IMG/VR virus record: IMGVR_UViG_3300033149_000238
Length of the DNA stretch: 64,000 nucleotides
Strand: one strand, 5' to 3'
Source: an uncultured virus (IMG/VR IMGVR_UViG_3300033149_000238)
Taxonomy: Duplodnaviria > Heunggongvirae > Uroviricota > Caudoviricetes
Part shown: positions 29,136 to 37,416 of the stretch, piece after piece
Layout: each line of letters starts with the position of its first letter
How positions within the stretch are numbered: position 1 is the first letter of the stretch
Translations under genes and position numbers: made by a program
Notes under the pieces: generated by a model
The model's input: the letters and a program-made list of their open reading frames with translations, nothing else
The model's database searches: none
Told to the model about the DNA's origin: nothing

Positions 29136-30344
29136 ATGAAAAGATATTTAAGTGTACTGGTATGTATATTCTTTTTTAATATTGTTTCAGCTCAAGATCA
29201 AGAAGAGAAAGGCAAATTCTTCAAGTCTATATATCAAGACTTCTTGAAATACGGTACTGTGTATGGAGCAGGAGATATTAATAATTCTATTGAGGCCAGA
29301 GAACAAACATTTTTTGTAAGAACTAATCCAGATGGAGGTTTATATTCTATACCAGATGTAGTAGATAACACTCCTGACTATGCTTTTGATTACCGTTATG
29401 GCTTTGGTATACGTAAGCTAGCAAGATTTAACTATGAAAGAAAGCCTAGAAACTGGTATGATGGGACAGAACAACAACTAGCATTTACTGCACCAACATC
29501 AGCAATAGATGGACTAGAGTATCAATTCCACATTGAGAAAGAAAGATGGAGAGGAGAAATGTTTGACAACCACAGATACTTTTTAAAACATACTGGTAAA
29601 TATCATATAGCAAAAGTAGAGAGTAGAGAGGTTGGAAAGATAAATTTAGATTACCAATCAGCTGAACTAAGAGCAAGATTACCATTAGGAGAGAAGTTTA
29701 GTATATCAGCTGGTGCAATCTACCGTACTCATGACCGTGCTTATGGATATAACCCAATTGAAATATGGTTAAATGAAACACAGATTATAAATGGACAAGA
29801 GTATCCAGTTAACTATTGGTATGAATTAGGTTTTGAGTATGGATATGATGATATATATTACACACAAGAAGATGAGCTAGGTAATGAAACTTCTGACTGG
29901 TATTGGATAGATCCTGATGGAGAGATTGTAGCTTATACAGATCTTCAGTTTAGAGAGACTATTTTTACTGAGTTGATGAATAGATTTAACAGAGAAGCAT
30001 GGGACTTGCTAGATGCTTTTGGTGAGATTGCACCTATTGTAGGTTTAGATTTCTATCACTATAAGAGTAAGTTCTGGTTGCATGCATATGCTAATTATAT
30101 ACTACCATATCATAAGTATATACAAGGTGATGAGGCACTGTCTTATTTAAACAGAAACAACTGGGGTAAAGGTGGACTAGTACAAGACTCTGAGTTAGAG
30201 CAGTGGGAAGACTATTCTGCTGGTGTAAGTTTTGGGTGGAAGATTAGCAAACATATTGGCATCTTTGCAGAAGGAGAATATAGTAAGATGTGGGATAGTG
30301 AATTATTTCAAACAAGCTTTGGACTAAACTTTACATTTAAATAA
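29136..30344 (+). CDS. Putative outer-membrane beta-barrel protein (402 aa)
   Basis: Sec signal peptide ending VSA|Q; aromatic-rich amphipathic strands; C-terminal beta-signal-like 'QTSFGLNFTFK'. Confidence 0.65.
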   Translation: MKRYLSVLVCIFFFNIVSAQDQEEKGKFFKSIYQDFLKYGTVYGAGDINNSIEAREQTFFVRTNPDGGLYSIPDVVDNTPDYAFDYRYGFGIRKLARFNYERKPRNWYDGTEQQLAFTAPTSAIDGLEYQFHIEKERWRGEMFDNHRYFLKHTGKYHIAKVESREVGKINLDYQSAELRARLPLGEKFSISAGAIYRTHDRAYGYNPIEIWLNETQIINGQEYPVNYWYELGFEYGYDDIYYTQEDELGNETSDWYWIDPDGEIVAYTDLQFRETIFTELMNRFNREAWDLLDAFGEIAPIVGLDFYHYKSKFWLHAYANYILPYHKYIQGDEALSYLNRNNWGKGGLVQDSELEQWEDYSAGVSFGWKISKHIGIFAEGEYSKMWDSELFQTSFGLNFTFK

Positions 30345-30694
30345 TGAAAAAAATTATATCTATATTAATACTAGTATTATTTGTAGGAGCATGTAGCTCT
30401 TATCAACCTATAGTGCAGTATGATAAAGTATTAGCAATAACAGCTGCTGGTGATACCGTAGCTGTGGATATAGATAAACTAAGACCTAGATACAGAACAG
30501 AAGTTATATATAGGACTCAACCATATTATAATTGGAATAACTATATGTATTGGAATCCTAGACCAGTTGTTAGACCAACTGTTGTATTACCTAATAGACC
30601 AGCTAATAGTCCTAGACCAAACAACAATTCAAATACTAATTCAAATGGTGGTAACTCAGGAACTAAACCATCCATTAACATAAATAAAAATTAA
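30344..30694 (+). CDS. Lipoprotein with Pro/Asn-rich tail (116 aa)
   Basis: MKK + hydrophobic core + lipobox VGA|C; TAATG overlap with the upstream gene. Confidence 0.7.
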   Translation: MKKIISILILVLFVGACSSYQPIVQYDKVLAITAAGDTVAVDIDKLRPRYRTEVIYRTQPYYNWNNYMYWNPRPVVRPTVVLPNRPANSPRPNNNSNTNSNGGNSGTKPSININKN

Positions 30695-30698
30695 GATC

Positions 30699-30986
30699 AT
30701 GGCACAACCACCTCAAATAGGAGAAGAAACAAAAGTAACATTAGATTTAAAAACAATAGGGCTAATAGTAGGATTTGTAATCTCCTTATCTACTATGTGG
30801 TTTACGTTACAAGCAGATATAGCTCAAGCTATGGAACTCCCAGCACCAGTGATTGACAGAGTTGAGTACGACCTCAAAGATGAGTTAATTAGACAAACAA
30901 TTATGGATACCCAAGAAGATGTAGAAATGCTCCTAGATAAGTTTGAAAAAATGGAGGAGAGGATCTATGATCTTACTAAAAAGTAG
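30699..30986 (+). CDS. Single-pass membrane protein with C-terminal coiled coil (95 aa)
   Basis: TM segment TIGLIVGFVISLSTMWFTL followed by a heptad-like acidic helix. Confidence 0.6.
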   Translation: MAQPPQIGEETKVTLDLKTIGLIVGFVISLSTMWFTLQADIAQAMELPAPVIDRVEYDLKDELIRQTIMDTQEDVEMLLDKFEKMEERIYDLTKK

Positions 30987-30989
30987 ACC

Positions 30990-31400
30990 ATGAAAAAAAT
31001 AATTTTATTTATAATATTTTTACTATTCACGACAAACCTTGCTGCTCAAGAGTGGATAGATGATAGTAACTTCCAAGATATTATCAATGAGCAAGGAGGG
31101 TTTGACGATTCACAAGATATCATAATAATAGAGTTTTGGGCAGAGTTTAATCAAGACAATTCTTTTTCAGACTGGAAACAGATAGATGATATGGACGGTG
31201 TAAAATACTATAGAGTTGATATAGCAAAAGCACCATCAGCAAAGAAAGAGTACAGAGTTAGGATGGCCCCTACAATCATTATATTCAAAGAAGGAACAAA
31301 AGAAAAGGCATTTAAGGCAGGCTTAGATCTAGAATGTCCTGTTGGATTATCTGAATTAAAAGATGCTATCAATGTTGTAATTGAAGAGTCAGCATTTTAA
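30990..31400 (+). CDS. Exported thioredoxin-fold protein lacking CxxC (136 aa)
   Basis: Signal peptide ending LAA|Q. Trx pattern 'IIIIEFWAEFN...YYRVDI...YRVRMAPTIIIFKEG', with EFN where WCxxC is expected. Confidence 0.7.
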   Translation: MKKIILFIIFLLFTTNLAAQEWIDDSNFQDIINEQGGFDDSQDIIIIEFWAEFNQDNSFSDWKQIDDMDGVKYYRVDIAKAPSAKKEYRVRMAPTIIIFKEGTKEKAFKAGLDLECPVGLSELKDAINVVIEESAF

Positions 31401-33022
31401 CCTTCACAACTAGCACACTCTAATATATTCCTAGCAAAATCTTGAGCAGAACTAATACTAAACTGATAGTATAAAGTTTTTACACCTTCTTCATGGGCAT
31501 ATAAATACAGTTTATTAATATCTTTAGCTGGCACTGACGGGTCAATCATTAAGTTTAATGACTGTGATTGATCAATATACTTTTGTCTTTGTGCAGCTTG
31601 TAGTACAAGTTCTTTTGGTGATATCTCAATAAATGATTTGAATACTTCTTTTGTTGGAAAGTTAAGATGTTGTACAGAACCATCTTTCTTAAGAATGCTG
31701 TCCCAGGTCTTTTTAGTATTTAACCCATACTTATCTAACTCCTGTTCTAAGAATGGATTCTTATAAACTGTTTTAGACTTTGCTAGATCCTTGATAAAGT
31801 AATTTGACTTGATAGGTTCTATACCCATAGAGACAGCACCATGTATAAAACTACTAGATTTAGTAGGAGCAATAGCCATTAGAGTAGTGTTGGCATACCC
31901 TTCTCTTAATGACCTATATCCTCTGTGTTCATATAACCATCTAGAAGCTTCTTCAGATACTTCTTTTAAAGTTTTAAATATATGATTGTTTAGCTGCTTA
32001 GCTCTAAGAGACTCAAACTCAATTAGCTTTGATTGAAACAAACTATGATATCCTAATACACCTAGACCAATAGCTCTATGTTTGCTAGCAAAATTAAATG
32101 CTCTTTTGAGGCCAGCTTTAACTTCTGATTTTCTTATAAACTCATCCATCACAGCATTTAAAAAGAACACATATGTTTCTATAGCATCAGTCTTTATAAT
32201 CTCATCCCAGTGTAATAAATTTATAGATCCTAGACAGCACACAAAAGAATTGTATGTGTCTGTAGGAAGTTGAATTTCAGAACATAAGTTAGATGCTGTT
32301 ATCTCCATACCTATTTCTTTGTATGGTGTATTGTTATTAGAGTTATCTTTAAACATTATGTAAGGGTAACCAAACTCAGATCTTCTTTGAATTACTTTAG
32401 CCCAGATCTTACGTTTTTCTTTACTCCCTGCTTTCATAGATCTTAGCCATGCATCAGATACAGTAATACCATACTGTAGATTTTGTATAGGATTACCTTC
32501 TGTTCCAATATCTAAGAACTCTTCTATATCAGGATGCTCTACTGGTAAGTATGCTGCACATGCACCACGTCTTGCTTCAGACTGTTTACATACATCAACC
32601 ACTGTGTCATATATTCTAGCATAGTGAACAGGACCATCTGCAAAGCCTCCTGTAGATATCTCAGATCCTCTAGGTCTTATATTACCTAAAAAACAACTTG
32701 TACCTCCGCCATACTTAGACATCATTCCTATCTCACGTCCTGCATTTAGTATACTATCTAAGTTATCATCTATGTTAGAACCATAACAGCTGATAGGTAA
32801 ACCTTTTTGTTTTCCAAAATTTATCCATACCGGTGTAGATAAACTATAATAACCTTTAGACATATAGTTTTCAAACTTCTCAGCAAACCCAGGCATGTGT
32901 AAATACTTCTCTGCAGTATTAGCTATATCTTTTATTCTCTGTTCTGGTTCTTCACTAATGTACCCTCTAGATAAGAAGGTTCTACTATTCTCATTAAGCC
33001 AGTAGTATTTTTTATATTCCAT
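31397..33022 (-). CDS. nrdA: Class I ribonucleotide reductase alpha subunit (short, no ATP cone)
   Basis: PISC, GGGT, SNLCSEI, APTxSSS, TLYY and C-terminal CASCEG motifs. Confidence 0.95.
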   Translation of the reverse strand: MEYKKYYWLNENSRTFLSRGYISEEPEQRIKDIANTAEKYLHMPGFAEKFENYMSKGYYSLSTPVWINFGKQKGLPISCYGSNIDDNLDSILNAGREIGMMSKYGGGTSCFLGNIRPRGSEISTGGFADGPVHYARIYDTVVDVCKQSEARRGACAAYLPVEHPDIEEFLDIGTEGNPIQNLQYGITVSDAWLRSMKAGSKEKRKIWAKVIQRRSEFGYPYIMFKDNSNNNTPYKEIGMEITASNLCSEIQLPTDTYNSFVCCLGSINLLHWDEIIKTDAIETYVFFLNAVMDEFIRKSEVKAGLKRAFNFASKHRAIGLGVLGYHSLFQSKLIEFESLRAKQLNNHIFKTLKEVSEEASRWLYEHRGYRSLREGYANTTLMAIAPTKSSSFIHGAVSMGIEPIKSNYFIKDLAKSKTVYKNPFLEQELDKYGLNTKKTWDSILKKDGSVQHLNFPTKEVFKSFIEISPKELVLQAAQRQKYIDQSQSLNLMIDPSVPAKDINKLYLYAHEEGVKTLYYQFSISSAQDFARNILECASCEG

Positions 33023-33024
33023 AA

Positions 33025-34002
33025 TTAAAATAGATCATCTTCAGTTATGCTTTTGCTTTTCTTATTGTAGTCTACACTTTTCTTGTAGAAGAAGTCTCCC
33101 TCTTTAGTACCGGTGATTTCAATATCAAACCACTCTGTTGATTCAAGCATTTCCAAATCTACAATAAATAAAGCAGGCATCCCAATTTTTTCAAGAGAAT
33201 TGTTAAATCTATTCTTTATAAAATTCTTTATAGTTTTCTTTGGTAAAAATTCTAATTCCCCTTTCTCAAATATCCAATCTAGTATACCACACTCAGCTTC
33301 ATATGCTTTTTTACATGCAGAATGAATCAACTTTTCAAAGTCTTCATCAAACCATTTAGGATTTTCTTCCTTGATTATATTAATAAGTTCTGCTCCAAAG
33401 TTGCCATGTATTTCTTCTTCTTTACTGGTAGCCTCAACAACATTAGATATACCCTTGAGTACGTTTCTTTCTTTGTTAAAGCTCATCATAATTAAGAACT
33501 GGCTAAACAAACTAACATGCTCTATGAATAGAGAGAACAATAGAACAGACTTAGTATACATTTTATTATCTCTACTACGTGATCCATCTAAATACTTTTG
33601 TAAGTAATTAATTCTACCTTTGATAGCTGGTACATCAATCACCTTTTTAAAATCACTTTCTAAGCCTAAGATCCTCAGGAGTCTAGCATATGCATCTTTA
33701 TGTCTTACTTCAGATTCTGCAAAGGTCATACCTACATCACCTATTTCAGTTATAGACATTCTTTTATATATATCAGCCCAAAATGTTTTTACATTTACTT
33801 CTATCTGTGCAATTGCAAGCATAGTCTTCTTAATTATATCACGCTCTTCATCAGAGATAGTTACTTTAAAGTCTTGTATATCTTCTGTAAAATTGAATTC
33901 TGTATCTATCCAATAAGAATGTCTAATGGCATCTTTATAAGCTAAGAGCTGTGGATATTCATAAGGTAAAATGTTTAGTCTGGGTCTGAATATATCTTTC
34001 AT
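33025..34002 (-). CDS. nrdB: Class I ribonucleotide reductase beta subunit, class Id-like
   Basis: Ferritin-like ligands QIE68, E98xxH101, radical-position Y105, IEHVSLFSQF, EEEIH, and C-terminal DFF. Confidence 0.93.
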   Translation of the reverse strand: MKDIFRPRLNILPYEYPQLLAYKDAIRHSYWIDTEFNFTEDIQDFKVTISDEERDIIKKTMLAIAQIEVNVKTFWADIYKRMSITEIGDVGMTFAESEVRHKDAYARLLRILGLESDFKKVIDVPAIKGRINYLQKYLDGSRSRDNKMYTKSVLLFSLFIEHVSLFSQFLIMMSFNKERNVLKGISNVVEATSKEEEIHGNFGAELINIIKEENPKWFDEDFEKLIHSACKKAYEAECGILDWIFEKGELEFLPKKTIKNFIKNRFNNSLEKIGMPALFIVDLEMLESTEWFDIEITGTKEGDFFYKKSVDYNKKSKSITEDDLF

Positions 34003-34027
34003 AATTATTTAATTGAGTTATTAGTAT

Positions 34028-34059
34028 AAAAAGGCCGCACCTCATAGAAGAAATGCAGC
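34028..34059 (-). terminator. Terminator-like hairpin in the nrdB leader
   Basis: Minus strand GCTGCATTTC-TTCTAT-GAGGTGCGGC-CTTTTT: 10-bp stem with G-U pairs that form only on the minus strand. Confidence 0.45.
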
Positions 34060-34064
34060 TGCAA

Positions 34065-34078
34065 GTATTAATAATGTA
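34065..34078 (-). promoter_or_regulatory. Putative promoter for nrdBA (TACATTATTAATAC)
   Basis: Variant of the TATATTAWTA core, oriented toward nrdB in the divergent intergenic region. Confidence 0.4.
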
Positions 34079-34156
34079 AGAAAAAAATAGAAGAGTAAAA
34101 AGCATACTTCCATATTTTTTATTTGACCTGTTAAAGGTTAATTAATTACAATAAAT

Positions 34157-34175
34157 TTTGTATATTATTTATATA
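34157..34175 (+). promoter_or_regulatory. Putative phage promoter motif TTTGTATATTATTTATATA
   Basis: Third copy of the recurrent motif. Confidence 0.55.
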
Positions 34176-34231
34176 TGCCGGGGTCAGCAAAACAACAAAT
34201 ATACTATTAAATTTGATTGAGTCCAGCAAAA

Positions 34232-34250
34232 TTTGTATATTATTATTATA
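34232..34250 (+). promoter_or_regulatory. Putative phage promoter motif TTTGTATATTATTATTATA
   Basis: Fourth copy, 20 nt upstream of ATG 34271; a TTTG lies 20 nt upstream of the TATATTA core, matching Bacteroidota -33/-7 spacing. Confidence 0.6.
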
Positions 34251-34270
34251 GTATAACAAAATAGATTATT

Positions 34271-34522
34271 ATGTTTAAAAAAATTGTAAATGTATTATGG
34301 ACTTATAGCCTTCAAGATTATTGGAGAGCAGTATGGTCAAGAACTTCTTTAGATGAAAAAGCAGTAGCTACATTAAAGGAGATAAAAAAGAGATATAAGC
34401 TAACAGCAGAAGAGTTAGCAGATGTAGGAAGAGCAATTAAAGAAGTAGGTAATCAACTTGGAGATATAGATGATGCAATAGCAGGTAAACCTAGAAGAGG
34501 AAGAAAAAAGAAGAATGGCTAG
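34271..34522 (+). CDS. Hypothetical protein (83 aa), coiled coil with basic C-terminus
   Basis: ORF directly after the promoter motif. Confidence 0.6.
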   Translation: MFKKIVNVLWTYSLQDYWRAVWSRTSLDEKAVATLKEIKKRYKLTAEELADVGRAIKEVGNQLGDIDDAIAGKPRRGRKKKNG

Positions 34523-34649
34523 AGTTTTAAATACTAGTTATGAAAGACCAAGGAGAGCTAAGAGGCCAGGTATTCATGCTAAAACAAGAACATCTAAAGT
34601 AAAGAGTAGTAGAAACTATAAAAAATTGTATAAAGGACAAGGAAGATGA
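34515..34649 (+). CDS. Small highly basic protein (44 aa), not in ORF track
   Basis: MARVLNTSYERPRRAKRPGIHAKTRTSKVKSSRNYKKLYKGQGR*; overlaps both neighbours. Confidence 0.65.
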   Translation: MARVLNTSYERPRRAKRPGIHAKTRTSKVKSSRNYKKLYKGQGR

Positions 34650-34756
34650 GAAACATTTGTGTATTTATTAAATGGATTACTTTTGGAACTGTATGCCTAG
34701 GTTGGTGTAGAGAAGGTATATGTGATAAAAAAGACAAGTGCCATGGGAAAAAGTAA
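34646..34756 (+). CDS. Small Cys-rich protein (36 aa), not in ORF track
   Basis: MRNICVFIKWITFGTVCLGWCREGICDKKDKCHGKK*; ATGA overlap with the upstream stop; fills the gap. Confidence 0.55.
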   Translation: MRNICVFIKWITFGTVCLGWCREGICDKKDKCHGKK

Positions 34757-34928
34757 AAAAATGGGTTTACCTAAACAGAAAATGACTAAACAAAAGACAA
34801 AACTTTTAGTAAGGATGTCTGGAGGAGAGTTAGATAATTTAATGTTTGGTCAGTCAAAATCAAAAATGAAAAAGGGTGGCAAGAAAAAGAAACTTGGAGG
34901 AGGAACCCATAATACATACAGTGGATAA
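34743..34928 (+). CDS. Small Lys-rich protein with xxxGG motifs
   Basis: Likely ATG start at 34743 or 34761; contains RMSGG, MKKGG and KLGGG; TAATG-coupled to the next gene. Confidence 0.55.
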   Translation: MGKSKKMGLPKQKMTKQKTKLLVRMSGGELDNLMFGQSKSKMKKGGKKKKLGGGTHNTYSG

Positions 34929-35770
34929 TGAATATTTTAACTGACGTATTAAGTTTAATAAGAAGATCTATTTTTGCAAAGAAAGCAGAACTAGATGATG
35001 TGCTTATATTAGGTACTAATGAAGAACCAGATATGACTGGTGTTGCTTCACCAATACCATATAAAAGCATTAAGGTTATAAAAGTGAGAGATTTTAAGGT
35101 TGCTGCAGAGAACTGTAATCATGCAAATTCTCCAGCTGATCCAGCTGCAGGCACAGCTCAAGTATATCAGAAGACAGAATCTTCTGAAGTAACAGAGACT
35201 TGTACTGTATTTTTTAGATCCCTTAAGTCCCTAAGCAGCAACCTTACTCTTGCTACATCTTCTGATGATAATTATATAGAAATTACAACAGAAGGAGAAC
35301 CCAATACGGCAGCCAATGTAGGTGGTGGTTTTGGATTGTTTAAAGATAAAGTTGGAGAGACTCTTAACTTTAGAAGTATTGTACAAGGATCAGGTATTAA
35401 TATAGCACAAAGTGCTAATCAAATAACTTTGAGTGCTCCGGGTGGTAGACCATATACAAGCTATGTTGCTTTGTTAAATCAAAGTTCAACAAATGCACCA
35501 ACTGCAACAGTATTAGAAAATACAACAGGTAATAATATTACTTGGTCACGTATAAATACAGGACTGTATAGAGGTACTTGGGACACAGCTCTAGCTGATG
35601 TAAACAAAGTATTTTTTGCACCTGCATTAGGTAATTTAAAAAATCAAACAGTAGTGGTTAATGTATTTAGTGCTACTACTGCACAGTTTCAGTTAGGGGT
35701 GCAAGCTCAAGGCAGTCTTGCTGACAGTGAATTAATAAGAACAGGAATAGAAATAAGAATATATCCTTAA
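34928..35770 (+). CDS. Putative tail/fibre-associated structural protein (280 aa)
   Basis: Beta-rich, T/S/G/N-rich; fibre-type segment 'GEPNTAANVGGG..LFKDKVG..LNFRSI'; N-terminus resembles that of the 1211-aa fibre. Confidence 0.5.
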   Translation: MNILTDVLSLIRRSIFAKKAELDDVLILGTNEEPDMTGVASPIPYKSIKVIKVRDFKVAAENCNHANSPADPAAGTAQVYQKTESSEVTETCTVFFRSLKSLSSNLTLATSSDDNYIEITTEGEPNTAANVGGGFGLFKDKVGETLNFRSIVQGSGINIAQSANQITLSAPGGRPYTSYVALLNQSSTNAPTATVLENTTGNNITWSRINTGLYRGTWDTALADVNKVFFAPALGNLKNQTVVVNVFSATTAQFQLGVQAQGSLADSELIRTGIEIRIYP

Positions 35771-35773
35771 GTT

Positions 35774-36181
35774 ATGAGTAAAGAAAAATTAAAAGAAGAG
35801 GTATTAGCAAAGATTGAGATTGATAAAATTGAAGCTCAAAGTACAGCTAAAGAAATAGCATCTAAACATTTAGGTAAGCATGCTATAAATTATATAACAG
35901 TATTAGTAGTAATAGGTGTAATCAGTTCTCAGTTTTTAGAGGGTGGTGCTTTAACTGCTGTTATTGGTTTGGTTTCTACTGCAGCAATGGCTATGATAGG
36001 TATACTACAACATATAGTAGGAGCTGTAGAAAAAGAAGAGAAGCCAGAACTTGAAATAATTAAAAGTCTAATCAAGGAATTATCTGATAAAGAAGATGAT
36101 CCAATGCAGGTAGATGTTACTGACACAGATGTTACAGTAACTAAAGGTGAAAGTAAAGTAACTGCAAGTAAGAAAAAATAA
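35774..36181 (+). CDS. Two-TM membrane protein (135 aa), possibly lysis-related
   Basis: Two hydrophobic helices; adjacent to the holin. Confidence 0.5.
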   Translation: MSKEKLKEEVLAKIEIDKIEAQSTAKEIASKHLGKHAINYITVLVVIGVISSQFLEGGALTAVIGLVSTAAMAMIGILQHIVGAVEKEEKPELEIIKSLIKELSDKEDDPMQVDVTDTDVTVTKGESKVTASKKK

Positions 36182-36183
36182 TT

Positions 36184-36648
36184 ATGAGCAAAGGAAAGAA
36201 AAAATTTAAAGACACTAGAGTGGGAAAATTTCTTGTTGAGAAAGTTCCTAGTCTGTTAGGTGTAGCTGGAGATTTACTTCCAGATGCTGGTGTACTTGGT
36301 ATGGTTAAATCTCTTATAGAGAAGGAAGACCCTGCTGTGTTACCACCAGAAGATAAAGAAAAAGCATTAAAGCTTTTAGAAATGGATATGGTTGAGATGC
36401 AAGAGGTGTCTAAGAGATGGGCATCAGACATGCAATCAGATTCATATTTAAGTAAAAACACAAGACCAATGACATTAATATTTTTAACTGTATCATTAGT
36501 TATATTTATTTTGTTAGATGGTTTTAACATAGAGTTTGGTATAGATGCTGGCTGGGTAGATTTACTCAAGTCACTTTTGATTACTGTCTATGTAGCATAT
36601 TTTGGTTCACGAGGAGCTGAAAAATTCAAGTCAATTAGTAATAAATAA
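36184..36648 (+). CDS. Putative holin (GTA_holin_3TM-like)
   Basis: 'RWASDMQSDSYLSKNTRPMTLIFL...YFGSRGAEK' family signature with TM helices. Confidence 0.7.
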   Translation: MSKGKKKFKDTRVGKFLVEKVPSLLGVAGDLLPDAGVLGMVKSLIEKEDPAVLPPEDKEKALKLLEMDMVEMQEVSKRWASDMQSDSYLSKNTRPMTLIFLTVSLVIFILLDGFNIEFGIDAGWVDLLKSLLITVYVAYFGSRGAEKFKSISNK

Positions 36649-36663
36649 ATAAAATTAAAAGTC

Positions 36664-37047
36664 ATGGGAACAAAAAAATTATACGGACATGGTGGTGCAC
36701 CTAAAATGACAAGTGGAGATGGTGATCCATTTGTAAGTCCTAAATCAATGCAGCGTCAGCAAATAGATTACTTTGCAGATATGGGTATGGAAATGGTAAG
36801 TGATGTCATGGAGTACGCAATGGGAGGTAAGGAAATGAAAATGAAAAAAGGTGGTGCAGTTAAAAAGAAGAAGAAGCAAGGATACAATGCTAGATTAGAT
36901 GAGTCTATGGGGATGAGAAATAGAGGTAAGAAAAAACAATCTATGAAGTCACGTAGAAAAGAATCTAAAGGAATGGAGAAAGCTATGGGTAGAAAGTCTT
37001 ACTCTGGTAATAGATCAAGTGCACAAGGAAGAAGAAAAAAGAAATAG
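36664..37047 (+). CDS. Small basic Met/Lys-rich protein with xxxGG motifs (127 aa)
   Basis: YGHGG, YAMGG and MKKGG motifs; very basic C-terminal half. Confidence 0.6.
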   Translation: MGTKKLYGHGGAPKMTSGDGDPFVSPKSMQRQQIDYFADMGMEMVSDVMEYAMGGKEMKMKKGGAVKKKKKQGYNARLDESMGMRNRGKKKQSMKSRRKESKGMEKAMGRKSYSGNRSSAQGRRKKK

Positions 37048-37049
37048 TT

Positions 37050-37325
37050 ATGCCTGCAAAAAGAATCAAACCTGCTAAGAAAAAAGGAACTATGCCTAAG
37101 AGTGTAGTATCCTATAAAAAAGGTGGTGCTAAAAAATCTGGTAAGAACTGGATTAAAGGTGCAATCAAAAAGCCTGGTGCTTTAAAAGCTACTGCAAAGA
37201 GAGCAGGAGCAATGAAAGCTGATGGTACAATTAAAAAATCTTGGCTGAGAGAGAAGGCAAAAGGCAGTGGTAAGACAGCACAACGTGCTAGACTAGCATT
37301 AACTTTAGGAAAAATGAAAAAATAA
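37050..37325 (+). CDS. Small highly basic protein (91 aa), putative DNA-binding core protein
   Basis: YKKGG motif followed by 'NWIKGAIKKPGAL...QRARLALTL'. Confidence 0.6.
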   Translation: MPAKRIKPAKKKGTMPKSVVSYKKGGAKKSGKNWIKGAIKKPGALKATAKRAGAMKADGTIKKSWLREKAKGSGKTAQRARLALTLGKMKK

Positions 37326-37411
37326 TGAATAATAAAGGACAGCAATGTACATGTGGAAGCACTCTTAATCCTGATGGATTATGTGATGGTTCACATTTAC
37401 TTAATAAATAG
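37325..37411 (+). CDS. 28-aa CDGSH-type iron-sulfur mini-protein, not in ORF track
   Basis: MNNKGQQCTCGSTLNPDGLCDGSHLLNK*; TAATG overlap with the upstream gene; next gene starts 5 nt after its stop. Confidence 0.7.
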   Translation: MNNKGQQCTCGSTLNPDGLCDGSHLLNK

Positions 37412-37416
37412 AAATT

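Noticed and set aside
30344..30986. Calling the lipoprotein and TM coiled-coil pair a canonical two-component spanin
   Set aside because: Gene order is reversed relative to typical i-spanin/o-spanin pairs and they are far from the holin. Kept only as one hypothesis for the envelope operon.
34003..34080. Manganese (yybP-ykoY) or other riboswitch ahead of nrdB
   Set aside because: The leader is too short and shows only one hairpin; no aptamer consensus seen.
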